A stretch of 62,724 bases of DNA, filler included, from Rhabdomonas costata (Eukaryota): NCBI GenBank assembly GCA_019059605.1. It is 25 parts of 25 records of this genome, joined end to end, with 100 filler letters (N's around TTAATTAATTAA, not from the genome) between each part and the next. Parts side by side here need not be neighbours in the genome. Positions count along the whole stretch, not along the records: positions 10,054 to 12,466 come from JAHMHO010003539.1; positions 12,567 to 14,979 come from JAHMHO010003540.1; positions 15,080 to 17,492 come from JAHMHO010003541.1; positions 17,593 to 20,005 come from JAHMHO010003542.1; positions 20,106 to 22,517 come from JAHMHO010003543.1; positions 22,618 to 25,028 come from JAHMHO010003544.1; 19 more parts are not named here. One strand, given 5' to 3'. Numbering within the stretch: the stretch's first letter is position 1; every line of letters begins with the position of its first letter. The translations under genes were made by a program, and so were the position numbers. Below the pieces are notes generated by a model. The model made no database searches. It saw only the letters and a program-made list of their open reading frames with translations, and was not told where the DNA came from. Below are positions 11,177-23,156 of the stretch, one piece after another.

Positions 11177-13377
11177 CTAAAAAGCCGAGAGAGATGCCCG
11201 TGGAGTCCAGCGAGCAGCAGAAACAATAGTGCTATATTAGTTGGGTGGACACTTAGCCCAAGCATTGCGCCGAATCTGTCCATGATCAACAAATTGTGGG
11301 TCCCACCACTATACCCACCTTGCCTTCAGAAGACCTGCATAATTCACTGCCACCCAAGCTACCCCCCCCCTACATACACACCGACGCTCCAAAAAACCCC
11401 CGTACCAACGCGTTTTCATTCTGGGGAAGCACTGAAGGGTGTTGATGGTAAGGGTTACTGAAACCAGTGCTCAAGGGGTTCCGGCCGGATATGGGTGAAA
11501 AAATAGATGCAAGGTTGCCAGCTCCATCATTGGACCGACAAACCCAAAATATACTCGGGGCCCCCTCAGCGGTGGGGAGGCAGCTCAGCCGGGGGGTTGT
11601 GTTAGACGACCTAGAATCCATCGTTGGACCGACGAAACCGAAAATAAACTCGATTGCCAAAAACGGTGTGGCTGCGAGAGCCCTCCTCTTCTCCTTTCCA
11701 TCGCCAAAGCTAAGATCCCAACAAAAGTTCCTTCTCTGAGAAGGATATACGTACAGCCAGAAGGGGAGGCTGCCCCAGGGTGCACAGAAAGACCTGCTGG
11801 CCGCATTGGACCGTGGGGAAGTTGACGGGCGTATGATGTTGCTGCTGATGACTTTGTGGGGGTATGTAGCTCTGCCACGTGTCGTGTCGAAGAAGCTGAG
11901 GTGCTTCTTCGCTGGGCTAAGTTTGTTGTGCTGGAAGCACGGTGTTAGAACTTTGGAGGACAGTGAGCAAAGCAGGAAACCAAACTACCTTTCTTTCAAT
12001 GTGACATTCCTGCTTTTTCCCTGCAGGTTTGGTACCCTGACGAAGCTTTGCTATTGTTCTGCTTTTCGTGGTGTCAAAGCCGATAAGAGAAAAATACCTG
12101 TCTCTCAATACTTACCGCCAGAAGCGGAGGTTGGCCACGTCCCCCACCCACCTCTTTCCCGGGCAAAAACCGTTGCAGCAGCTCGCGGCGGTACAGACTC
12201 CCGTGCCGCACAGCGGAGCGGGGTCCGCCGCAGAAGAGCCTGCGGGACACTGGTGGCCCAGGGCAAACCACGCGCTGCAGTTCACGCTCTCTGAGATGAA
12301 TCAAGAGTGCAGTCCGAAGACTAGCGGCTGGCGCCGAAAACAAAATGTCTGAGCGCCCCAACCCCGCGGGTCCGCATAATCATACGAAAGCTAAGCAACG
12401 CACGTCAAAAGTTTGAGTTCCGGTTTGAAGAGAAAAAACGATGGCTTACCATTGAGCCCCCAAAAANNNNNNNNNNNNNNNNNNNNNNNNNNNNNNNNNN
12501 NNNNNNNNNNTTAATTAATTAANNNNNNNNNNNNNNNNNNNNNNNNNNNNNNNNNNNNNNNNNNNNGGTTGTTGGTGTACTCCACACAGAACTTGCGCCA
12601 CGGTGCGGCAACGAGTTTTGTGTGGAGTACACCGCCAGAAAATGACCGAAGTGAATGCTGCAGGCCTCATCGGCGACGCCCGCGCTTGGGAGGAGGCTGA
12701 GGGAATCCACTTCGCAAGAACCGAAGCTCATGTTTCCTGTGCATACAGAGTATGAGGGGGTCATTGGCACTGGCACACAACACACCGCAGGTTGTCCAAA
12801 CGCGACGGAGTCGGCCTGGACGAAAGAGAAAGGAGGGGGGGCAATCCAGCATTGTGGCGGCCAAAGTTTAAGGCCCAACCAAGGATACAGAGAGAGGCAG
12901 AGAGTCATCTTCCACTCCCATGGACAGGAAGGAGACCCACAGCACACGGTACAAAAGGAAGGGGGGAGGGGCGGACACCGAGGGGAGAACACGCACCAAA
13001 CCCAGACCATTGACCCCCCCTTTTTTTTTAGAGGGAAGTGCTAAAGTGAGCGGAGCTGGGTGGGGTGAGATCCCTCAGAAGGAACGAGACCCTGTGCTTG
13101 TCGCAAAGAGTCATTCAAAGACATGGCAAAAAAAATACCTACCGCCATTCATGTCAACCGATTTCTCAAAACATACACACCCACACACACCACACTTGAA
13201 CAACAGTGCTTTACCCCCTGGTAGCAGCCTTTTTCCTTTTTTCGAACGCACCATGGCGAAACCCATGGGATTCATGTCCAACGGTTTGAGATGAAGAGAA
13301 AGAGAGACCTTAAATCATGATAAAGAACGTGAGAGACAATGCCGGGAAGGTGGGAGGTGACATGACGAGGGGTTCGG

Positions 13378-14303
13378 TTATGGTCGTCGGCTATTGTTGA
13401 ACGTGAATGTGAGGGTGGAGGAGGCCCATGAGGCCCCGATCTGGGTCATGCGGTTGTAGGCCTGAGCAAAGGCCCCGTTCCACCGCCCCAAGCTGCCGCC
13501 GAACTGCTGCGTGGCCGTCAGGAACTGCCCCATAAACGGGCACTGCGGCTTCGACGGGGCAGGAGCGCATTCCGTCTGTGACAGACAGGAATGTGTGTGG
13601 GGAATGTGTGCGTCCGTCTCTGTAACGAATGTGGTTGGCACCAAAAGCACGCAAACATGATATTTTTGTGCACACAAACGTCACGTACCCCCCTCCCTCT
13701 CAATGGCATACATTCAAGAGACTTGGAGAGTTGTACGCATCGCTGACAGTGTACTTCCACACTTTTCCCCCGCCGTTGTCCACGTCACCCCCTGAGAGCC
13801 GAACTTCGCCGTGGGGTCAGTAACGGTGATTCCACCGGACAGCTGATCAGAAAGAACAAATGCAGACTAGAACGAATCACAAAAACATGTGCACAGGCCG
13901 AGCGATCGAAAACGAGATAAGAAACTTCATGGCACCCATGCAAGGACGATTTAGGGTTCACTACGGACTTTCAGCTCCGCGTCTAGCCTGAAGAGGCTCT
14001 CCAGGAGCTGAACTCACTGGGTGGGTAGCGAATCTAACCAGAATGCCGAAAGTACTCACCATTTTGCCCCAATTGAGCGGTACCCGAAACGAATGGGACG
14101 CTTGTGCTGCACCCGGCACGGCACCACCCACCCGCACCCACCTGTGCGGTGTACATCTCCACTGACCAGTTCTGAGGATCCCCTCCGGAGGCAGCGATCA
14201 GGGAGTGCGAGCCCAGCAGGGCGGCGGCATCCACGATGGAGAGGCCCACGGAGGCCCAGTACTGTGCAAACTGGCGGTACGTCATTCCAGAGCTGGGCAA
14301 TAC
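13378..14303 (-). CDS. Non-animal heme peroxidase (APX/class I-III superfamily), 3' exons
   Basis: Exon 14303-14142 reads VLPSSGMTYRQFAQYWASVGLSIVDAAALLGSHSL (proximal His motif). Exon 13842 to 13712 or 13723. Exon 13575-13378 reads QQFGGSLGRWNGAFAQAYNRMTQIG...stop (C-terminal helix). Confidence 0.8.
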
Positions 14304-15416
14304 CTGTGGGCACACACAAGACGCACGCTGAAAGTAATCCTGGGCTCTACCATGGGCATATGGTAAACCATTGTGCAAGTGTGCAAGGCCGCAAAGCTCC
14401 AAAAATGTGCATCCCCAGTCCATTGGACATGCGGTCGAAAAATTGAGGAGGTCCCCTCGGCTGTCTGGGGTCACCTCTCGGCAACGGTGGCTATGAGTAG
14501 AGTTCATGTCGGTGCGGGCGTTTGGTCTCGGGGAGGTCGGCCGCCCTAGACTAGATTCTTGTCTCTGGGTTTTCTATCCTTGACTCACCCTTTGTGTGTA
14601 AGTTATTGTCCAATGTTTAAATGCTCACGATTTTCGCGATTTGCTTGCCCCTCACTTTTCCTCGGTTGGTCAGTGAACAATTGCTTGCTGCTCACCAGTG
14701 CAAATTATTGCATGCCCGTCCCACGGACCCTGATAGTAAGTCGAGAAAAGGATAATTTAGATCCAAAGTGGACCCAATAACCAGGGGTAGAGAAGCAGCC
14801 AGAGGTGGGAAGGTGGCCACAAAACTCAGCCCAGAAGCACTACAATACCATTAGTATGGCCCCAACCAGCCGGTCTTCGCCTAAGTAACGATGCCCGTTC
14901 CAGGTCCCCCTCCCCCAGTCCGGCACCATGTTGGACGTGAACCCAGCAAACAGGGCGAAGAAAGCGGTTCTACCCACCCNNNNNNNNNNNNNNNNNNNNN
15001 NNNNNNNNNNNNNNNNNNNNNNNTTAATTAATTAANNNNNNNNNNNNNNNNNNNNNNNNNNNNNNNNNNNNNNNNNNNNGGGTGTTGGGCGGTGCTATAC
15101 TACCTCGCATTGACGTACCCCCTCGCACCCGTGGTAGTATAGCACCGCGCAACGGCTTGGCTACAACTCGACACATCGCCGTGTGAGCTTGAGTGATCAA
15201 TTAATACTACCGTGGTATAATTAGCGTTATTATCTTTAACCACTCATACAGAGACATTCACTTTGCTATAGGAAACAACATGGAGCATATTCTTCTTGAG
15301 AAAAGTGCACCCACAGAAGTAACTGAGCTCCGCGGATGCTTCCGAATCATCCCTGTATTTCCAGAGCACATGTCCTTGCCATAGCAGCAAGCAGCTCTTA
15401 GGATCAAACTGATGCC

Positions 15417-17450
15417 ATGCATACCGAGAAAAGAACGCACGTTCATCTTTTTAAAATCTCTTCAGAAGAAAAACCAGAAGAAGTCTCAGAAACTCAAAGA
15501 CAGCGCATAAGTTGCTTGGAAGAAACTAAACTTCAATCCAAGAGATGCGAAAATGCAGTTGACATCAAAAACATAGATCACGAGGTCTGTGGACAACCAT
15601 GTCGCCAAGCAGGAGAGTTTGTTTACCTCTTTTCAGATAAACTACCGCCTGGTATCACAGGAAGACAGACCATATCATTGACCTAAGTGAATGTGCCAAT
15701 GTACAGTGCTTTAACCTTCTGTCACCACTCGAGTACAAAGAGTTGCTGCGTCAACTGAAGAAACTCCTTGATCTTAGTTTTATTGTACTGACCGTTTCAT
15801 TCTATGGGGCATGTATTCTCTTTAACCCAAAAGCTAACGGAAACGGCCTTTGGTTCGACTACCTGACACTCAACTCAACCGCAAATGTGGATACCTACTA
15901 CTGAAATTATAGATTATAGATTGTGGAATGCTCGTTAGCGTTACTTTACTAAGCTCGACATCCACTATGGATTTAATCAAATCCGAATTCACCATGCATA
16001 AAGCTTGCACACAGCTTTGAAAGGAGTCACACTCTCCAAGTCTCCACACCTTCTCCTTGAATTAATAGCTAAATGGAGAATTTCATCTCAGTGAGGGACA
16101 GGAGCCGAGCTAATTCAACTCCCATAATCAAAGGAGCTCAGTTTCCGACTGTTCCGTGACAAAGTCCCGCCTTGCGGCATCCAGTTCAAGCAAACCTCTT
16201 GCCTTGCTCTGTAATGGCAGACAACATCGAGCGCACTGCCTTTAAAACAAATACGTCACATTTCACTACCTAGTTATTGCGTTTGGATTTTTAAAGTCCC
16301 CTAAAACTGTTTTATCCGATATTCGTTAACTTGCAAGCCTACATTGGCAATGTTCTTATTTTCACCGACATCCTCGAACAACATCTGTACTCACTGCGTC
16401 ACGTCACAAACAACGACCTGTTTGCTAACCAGGAACCATTTTCCTTCTGCTAACCAGAAGTTGAGAACTGCGTGCTTATTGTTGTACACGAAAGTGTACG
16501 TCATATTATCGTATCTTGAAGAATTCTCGCAATTCCGCCGACCATTTCTGGGTTCATGTGGTTTCTACCAGCGATTAGTCTCTGACTAAGCAACTTCAGC
16601 TGTCAGCTGTTACCTAATTAATGAAACTCTCGCGAATGGTGCTGGGTACCAGCGAAAACCGCTGCCTTTGAAGAACTTAAGACGTGTCTACTGATACACA
16701 CCGTTCTTGTCGTCCGTGATTTTTTTAATGAAACTGACAATTCACACTGAAGCCTCGGAGGTGGGCGCGGTAGCAACACTATTGCAGTATGACGACAACA
16801 GCACCTCTTCAGATTAGCTGGCTCTGAAAACGTCAGGCATACACACTCAAAATTACCCACGTTACATATCGGATGAACTAAGCTGCCGATGCCCTATGTC
16901 GAGAACCAATGGAAAATGCTTCCATTATAAAAATGCTATTGGCACTGGCAGTGTGAAGTTCATTGCACTGTGTCGATATATACCTTACCACACAACAAAA
17001 TGTGCTGGTCTACATCAATACGTGTCACTTTTGTCAGGTCCTAAAAGCGGAGCATCATCTTGGGCAATGACTTTTAGAACCTCTGGAAACTCTCTTCAGC
17101 AGCGCATTGCTAACTTTGCCTCAACACCACATCACAGAGAACATCAGCAAATCAAAACGCTCATCAAATTTACAACTAACTCCGTCCGACATCTCAACAA
17201 AACTCGTACCATTCTGCATGCCATGATCCAGACAACAACTGCATTATTGAATACTCTCACCACTGCTACATCAATGACTTCGCCATCGGATTTGCTCTTT
17301 CCAAAGACTTTTGGTACAAAAATTCACCTATTCAACACATTTGCCGCTTCCACATCAACAACGACTTCTATCATGGCCACGACACCTACGGCTTCCACAT
17401 GTGTGTTAACATGGAAAACACCTTGCTCGTCTAGCACCACATGATACAGA
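15417..17450 (+). mobile_element. Decayed non-LTR retrotransposon ORF2 (APE endonuclease remnant)
   Basis: Fragmented frames give ISCLEETK (cf. IxCLQETK), DRFILWG (cf. IILGDFN), NGNGLWFDYLTLN..VDT (cf. NxNGxxLxxFxxxNxLxxxNT) and IIDY. AT-richer, intronless, many stops. Confidence 0.5.
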
Positions 17451-18387
17451 GATAGACTTGGCAACCACCCAAAACAAAATTCAAAAAAACCTNNNNNNNN
17501 NNNNNNNNNNNNNNNNNNNNNNNNNNNNNNNNNNNNTTAATTAATTAANNNNNNNNNNNNNNNNNNNNNNNNNNNNNNNNNNNNNNNNNNNNTGAAGCTC
17601 CATGGCCGTGCAAAACCCCGAGGTGCACAACGTGAGGCACAGGTCGTGATAAAACAGTAGACCAGACAGCACGGTCAGGGCCTCACCGAAAAACACCGTG
17701 GCGGAAGCCAAAAGTAGAAAACCAACACACCGAAAAACCGACATTGCCAGCAATACCAGCTGGGATGAGAGATATGCAATGTGTATGACGTGACCTGCGA
17801 ACAGGTCACGGGAACCATCGAATGGGAAGGCTACTAAATCCGAACTTTCTTAAAACACACGGAATCGGATGCCTTCCTCCGATTCCTTGCGACAAGAGCC
17901 TTACCCGGTGAGGTCTAGAGCTCGTCCATACATACATCCGACCGTCTGACATTCGACTCATTCGCGCGTACACACTTGCCGTTCGTCAAACCAAATGAGT
18001 GTCGTGAAATGCGAAGGATTGTGTTCAATCCAGGTCGTCATTAGAACGAAACGCTTCAAGCGGATTTCTGTCCGGTGAAACAACCGCTTATCTTCGGCGG
18101 TAAACGGCACTCCGACACGGGTACTCCCATGAAAAAGTAACTCTTAACATTCGTTTATAAAAGGTTTCAGACACGTTGAATGCAAGTAGTGAAGGGTTTC
18201 TAGAGTTTCTTCTATCTGCACGCAATGAGCAAAATATCCGATCGGAAACAAGCCTTTTCACATGGAGTACGTTGTCCAACAAAAGTCGCCTATAATGAGC
18301 TCTCCGTGAGCTCAGAATGAAAAGAGAACACAGCTAGTCCGACATCGCGGACACAAGTGCACAGCAACAAAACCTCACAAGCATGGA

Positions 18388-20005
18388 TTAACGACCGTAA
18401 ATCACTCCGTATACGCACGGCCTGCTGAATAAAAACCCATCAAGAACCAGATGGTCCACAAAACGTTCCGTCGTCCCTGGAATGCACATCAGCCGCAGAA
18501 CAGAGCGCACGTCTTCAGCCATGGGACGCATAATGTTCACGCTCTGAAGCACCGCAGGTACTCGACGAGGCAATTCAGACCTGAGAGTCTTCAAGACATC
18601 ATAAAGCCACGGGTTGTTCTCCTGCTCCACCGTTTGGACAACCGCTGCCCCGTTGCCGTACGTCTGCACTCCTTCCCGCAGACTTCGAACCAAAGGAAAG
18701 GCCTGCGCTGCCGTAGGTGACCAGATCCGCTGGGAGCTACGAAACACCCTCTGGCAGTCCTCGGGAATGCAGACAATCGTGGAGAGTTCCGGGTTAATCG
18801 AGTCAAACTGCCGTCTCACAGAGGCATCGATGAGCCCAAAAACCGTCCGCCGGCCCAAGGGATGCGGGCCCATGGCCTGCCTTCCCCACACAACCCCAAC
18901 AAGCTCTCCTTTCGCTAGAAACGAAGCCACCACAGCAGCCGCGGCATGGCTCGCGTTCCACGCTTGGGCTGCGCGAACAACCTTACCCGCCTCCAGAAGC
19001 GGCGGGCTTAAGAACAGGAGGGCCTCCGATGCTCCCTTGCCTTTGGGAACCTCAGTGAGCCAGGCTGCTCCCAGGGAAACCGATGCATCTCCAGGGCTAG
19101 GGACCACGTAAACAGGCTTTCGAAACACTCTCGCTAGCAACGCGTTGAGAAACACGTTGAAGCCAGCCCCTCCGCCAATCGCGATGCCATCTACACTGGA
19201 AATAGTTCCCAGCAGAGGCCTCAGGAAATCGAGCATGTAAATCTCCAGGGCGCGCTGCGCGCTGGCTAGAAATTTGAAAGCATTGTCCGGGTGAATGGTG
19301 CGGGCGAGTTTATCTATTTCGGCTTTGCCACCTGACCATGGCATTCTCATGATCCGAAGGATAATCTTCAGCATCGCACGGTCGGGAAGCCCGAACGAGC
19401 CTCTCGCCATGTTCAGCACAGCAGGTTCCGATGTCCGGGTCCGCAAAGCTGAGCACATCCATCACAGGCAGGATGCACAAATGAAATGGTGAGCACAAAA
19501 GGTGGAATTGTGTGAGAACCGCGGCATAGTGAACTCAGAACCACTAAAGTGTGCTGAAACTTAGTGGCAAATGGAAAACTCCCCGTTCGCAACATGCAAA
19601 TCCACGAGGATAAAAAGAAAAAGTCGCTGCCTGTGAACACGACCCCCGAATCTGGACCACCCACTACTGCAACGCCCCCCCCCTCCTGGCACGGTCCATT
19701 CATCTCACGTGCAAATTGGGTGATAGCAAGAGATAAAAAAGAAACAAACTTACAAATTGGAGCAGGATCAAAAATGTACACAGGGAGTGAGATGTATCTG
19801 TAACGACCCTTTACCTATCACACAGTACAGCCACGCTTCCACTGGATTCTGGCCCGCGGGTGCTTGCATCAGCAACCGGAGACCCTGTGTGCGGCTGCCG
19901 TGGTAGACAACAACAGCGACGCCATCCAGCGCCAAGGTCAGAGCACTTTCGAATGGCGAGCTGTAGAACGCCGCGGCGGCGTGGGAGAGATGGTGGCCAC
20001 ACACC
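18388..20005 (-). CDS. NodU/CmcH-family carbamoyltransferase (partial, divergent)
   Basis: Exon 20005-19815 reads HHLSHAAAAFYSSPFESALTLALDG. Phase-1 intron 19814-19449. Exon 19448-18388 contains GGGAGFNVFLN, PSPGDASVSLGAA and GELVGVVWGRQAMGPHPLGRR. Confidence 0.88.
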
Positions 20006-21308
20006 NNNNNNNNNNNNNNNNNNNNNNNNNNNNNNNNNNNNNNNNNNNNTTAATTAATTAANNNNNNNNNNNNNNNNNNNNNNNNNNNNNNNNNNNNNNN
20101 NNNNNTTTTCCCCAGAAAAAAGCTGCTTAACTGCCGCTGGGCGGGTGTGTGGGGTGTTTTTTACTATCACGATGTCATTGTGCTCTTATTCTTGTGGCTT
20201 GTGGTGGACCCAGTATCTGGAGGAATATCCGGGGAGATATTTGGGTTCTGTACTAGAACACAATTGGAGTACACGAGCCTGTTTCTTGGAACCCGTCGAC
20301 GCCCTGTGGAGTGGTGTGTGATATGTGGTGAGTGATGTTAACAGTAGTTATTCTGGACATCGTACAGTGGATAATTGGCATTACATTAGCACTCAAAGTT
20401 TTAGAACTTTGAGTTCGGTAAGTTTTTGGAGGTAATGCAGATGTATAGCAGAACAGCCGACGCTGCGTCAAACCGCCGGGCACTGGACATCTAAAACAAA
20501 GACCAAGCAGGAAGAGAGGCGACATGGCCCTATCGAAGCAGAGGAGGAGGGAGTGGGAGCGGTTACCATGGTAACTTTTACCGCTGGTAAGACAAAACTG
20601 CCTTTAGACTATTGCTTGATGAACCTGAAAACGTTGGGTAAAACAGAACACCCATTAACATCCAAGAAGACAATCGAAAATGAACACAGTAAACCCCTTC
20701 GTTTCGTTTCGTTTCGGGACCCCTTAGCGCTGCGCCCTTACTTGGTTTTGTTTAAGGGAGTCAGATTTTCACCCATGTTGTCTGTGAGTGCGCCTGTGAG
20801 TGTTTCTGATGAATTCGGGTGGGTGAGTTGGGTGTCGTTTATATACCAAACACCCCCGCTTCTAAGAACTGCCCGCATTTTGCTGACAGTGGTTGTTTTA
20901 AGGCAACTGAAGGAAATTATTCATTTTGATGTGCATCTTTCCTCGGAGTTCTGACAGTTTGACGTTTGTGTGGGAAGCTCTCACTTCTGAGATGAAACGG
21001 GGCATATTTTGCCAGTATTCCTTAGATGAGCGTTTTTGCGCTTAGCAGCCGAAAACTACTGGAATGTGATCTGGGGAGGGGGCTTTAATGACTTTTTTAA
21101 AATATGCTCCCACAGAATTGTTACCACTGGTGACCTTTTCCAATGGGTACCCCCCACCAAACAAACTTCCAGAGCACCGAGTTGGAGAAAACGGACGAGT
21201 AAGGGACGGTATGGATATAAAGGGACACCGCCTCTTTCACTTGTCCCTTTAACACTTAGATTTCTCTTTTTCTTTTCTTTTCTTTTTTGATTGTTCACCT
21301 TGTGAGCC

Positions 21309-21611
21309 ATGCCTCGCCTTCGCATCAAGAAATCCAAGGACACAGTGTCCATCCACGAGGGGATCATCGCCTCGGTGTGTGTTCACGGAATATATCGGGC
21401 AATCCCAATCCCGTTAACCCTTGTGGCTGCCTGGCTGCCTCCATCCCTGAATGGTACTGCGTTTTGTATTTGTTTTGAATTTGCAGATTCTGGAGCGCAA
21501 CCAGACGGTGTGCCCCACGTCGTACTTCTTGTCTCTGATGGCCCTTCTGGCGAACCCCGAGCGACAACTGGTGTCCCAGCTCCTCCAACTGATGGAGCAG
21601 ACGCTGCCTCG
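21309..21611 (+). CDS. RRP12-like ribosome biogenesis protein, first two exons
   Basis: Exons 21309-21374 and 21487-21611: MPRLRIKKSKDTVSIHEGIIAS|ILERNQTVCPTSYFLSLMALLANPERQLVSQLLQLMEQTLP. Resembles the RRP12 N-terminal TxYFxxLxxxL...LLxLVxxxVP helices. Confidence 0.5.
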
Positions 21612-22410
21612 GTGCTTTGTCCAGAACTCCCCTGAGATGAGGGGGGGGGTAATCATGCGTCCGTAGAGTGGCGTAACTGATGTGCAGATGCATTCAAACA
21701 TACCTTCATTCTACTGGATCATTCCACTGGAAAATAAGCCGTTGACTCTGAGGTTGAGCCCTCATCATTTGAACGACGATGAGGCAATCGATGCGTTCTT
21801 GAATGTATTTGCACTGTTCAATGTGAATATGAATGGAAATACGACATCTTTTCTTCTGGGGCTAGGTTTTCAATCTGGGAATCGCTCACTGCGTGCTTGG
21901 TTCGCGTGAAATTTCGAGCATTGGCACGGGAAGCCTTTTTCATGCGTAGAATGAACACGAACACTCTGAGGTTCCTGGAACTCAAGAAGGGTACCGTGAG
22001 CTCCACGTTGTTTTCCGTGCTGCGTGCGTTTTCCGATGACTTGCGAGCATCGCAAAAGGTTTGTCTCGGTTCTCCTCTCACTCCTCTCTCCTTTGCAGTC
22101 TCCTTCTTCACCTGCCCCTCGAACTGCTCGTGTGCTGTGCTCTCGGGTTCAGTGTGTCCACTTAGCACCAGCCTCTGGCCTCCTGAATCTGCAGATGATA
22201 GCTCGACGTGCGAAAAGCAAAGTAACGAGATGTCATTGAATTCATTGAATATTTGCCATTTGGGGCTCTCTTGGTGGTGGGTTCCTGCACCATAAATTGA
22301 TCGGCATGTGGCCTTATGGTGGAGTTTCATTCGCGCTGGTGCATTTATGACCCCCCCCCCCCTCCGTGGGTGATTCGGCTGTGAACTAGTGCCTTTATGG
22401 CCCCGGAGGG

Positions 22411-22502
22411 TGCATGGGGTTAGGAGGTGATGCACGGGTCCCCTGGGATTGCAATAGAAGCTTTTGCATGGGGTTAGGAGGCGATGCACGGGTCCCCTGG
22501 GA
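22411..22502. repeat. Tandem repeat, 54-bp period (1.7 copies, cut by contig end)
   Basis: TGCATGGGGTTAGGAGG(T/C)GATGCACGGGTCCCCTGGGA at 22411 and 22465. Confidence 0.9.
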
Positions 22503-22637
22503 CTCTTCCATCACCCCNNNNNNNNNNNNNNNNNNNNNNNNNNNNNNNNNNNNNNNNNNNNTTAATTAATTAANNNNNNNNNNNNNNNNNNNNNNNNNNN
22601 NNNNNNNNNNNNNNNNNTGTTTTTTTTATGTTTTCAG

Positions 22638-22831
22638 ATCGAGGCAGTTGCCTTCGTTGAGTTCCCTTCGCCTGCCTGCTGGCGCTGTGGTGTTTGTTGC
22701 CGGGGACAAAGTGGGCGCTGCAAGCGTCGCGCTGGCGAAGCTCTTCCCTTCGACCCAAATATTTACCTTTGAGCCCCTTCCTATCAACGCTGCGTACCTG
22801 ATTGACAACCTCTTGCGAAACAAAGTCACCA
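22638..22831 (+). CDS. FkbM-family methyltransferase-like exon
   Basis: VVFVAGDKVGAASVALAKLFPSTQIFTFEPLPINAAYLIDNLLRNKV matches the FkbM pattern (V.D.GAN.G..S...AK..P...V.AFEP.P.N...L..NL..N), bounded by CAG and GTATGA. Confidence 0.75.
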
Positions 22832-23156
22832 GTATGATACCTTTTTGCAACCTCTCTTCACAGCCCCCCCCCCCGTTCACTTCTTCCACTTCCGTCGGGT
22901 CGCACTTCACTGCATCGCTGCCCCTATTTTCAACTTGTAGCATTGATCGACCTAAGAAAACCGGTCAATATCGCCCTTAAGAGCCCGTATGAAAGTTAGC
23001 CCCTTTGACCATTTAATTGACATTTTCTTCGGCAATACAAAGTATCCCGGGCTCTAGCTTTGGGATGGCAAAGACCTCGAGACACCATGAACTAAAAAGT
23101 GGGCGTTTCCCACCTTTTCAAAACACGGCCTTCCGTGAGATACATATGAGTCCTAC

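Noticed and set aside
22417-22425. GGGTTAGG as telomeric repeat
   Set aside because: Single units inside a 54-bp repeat; no tandem telomeric array.
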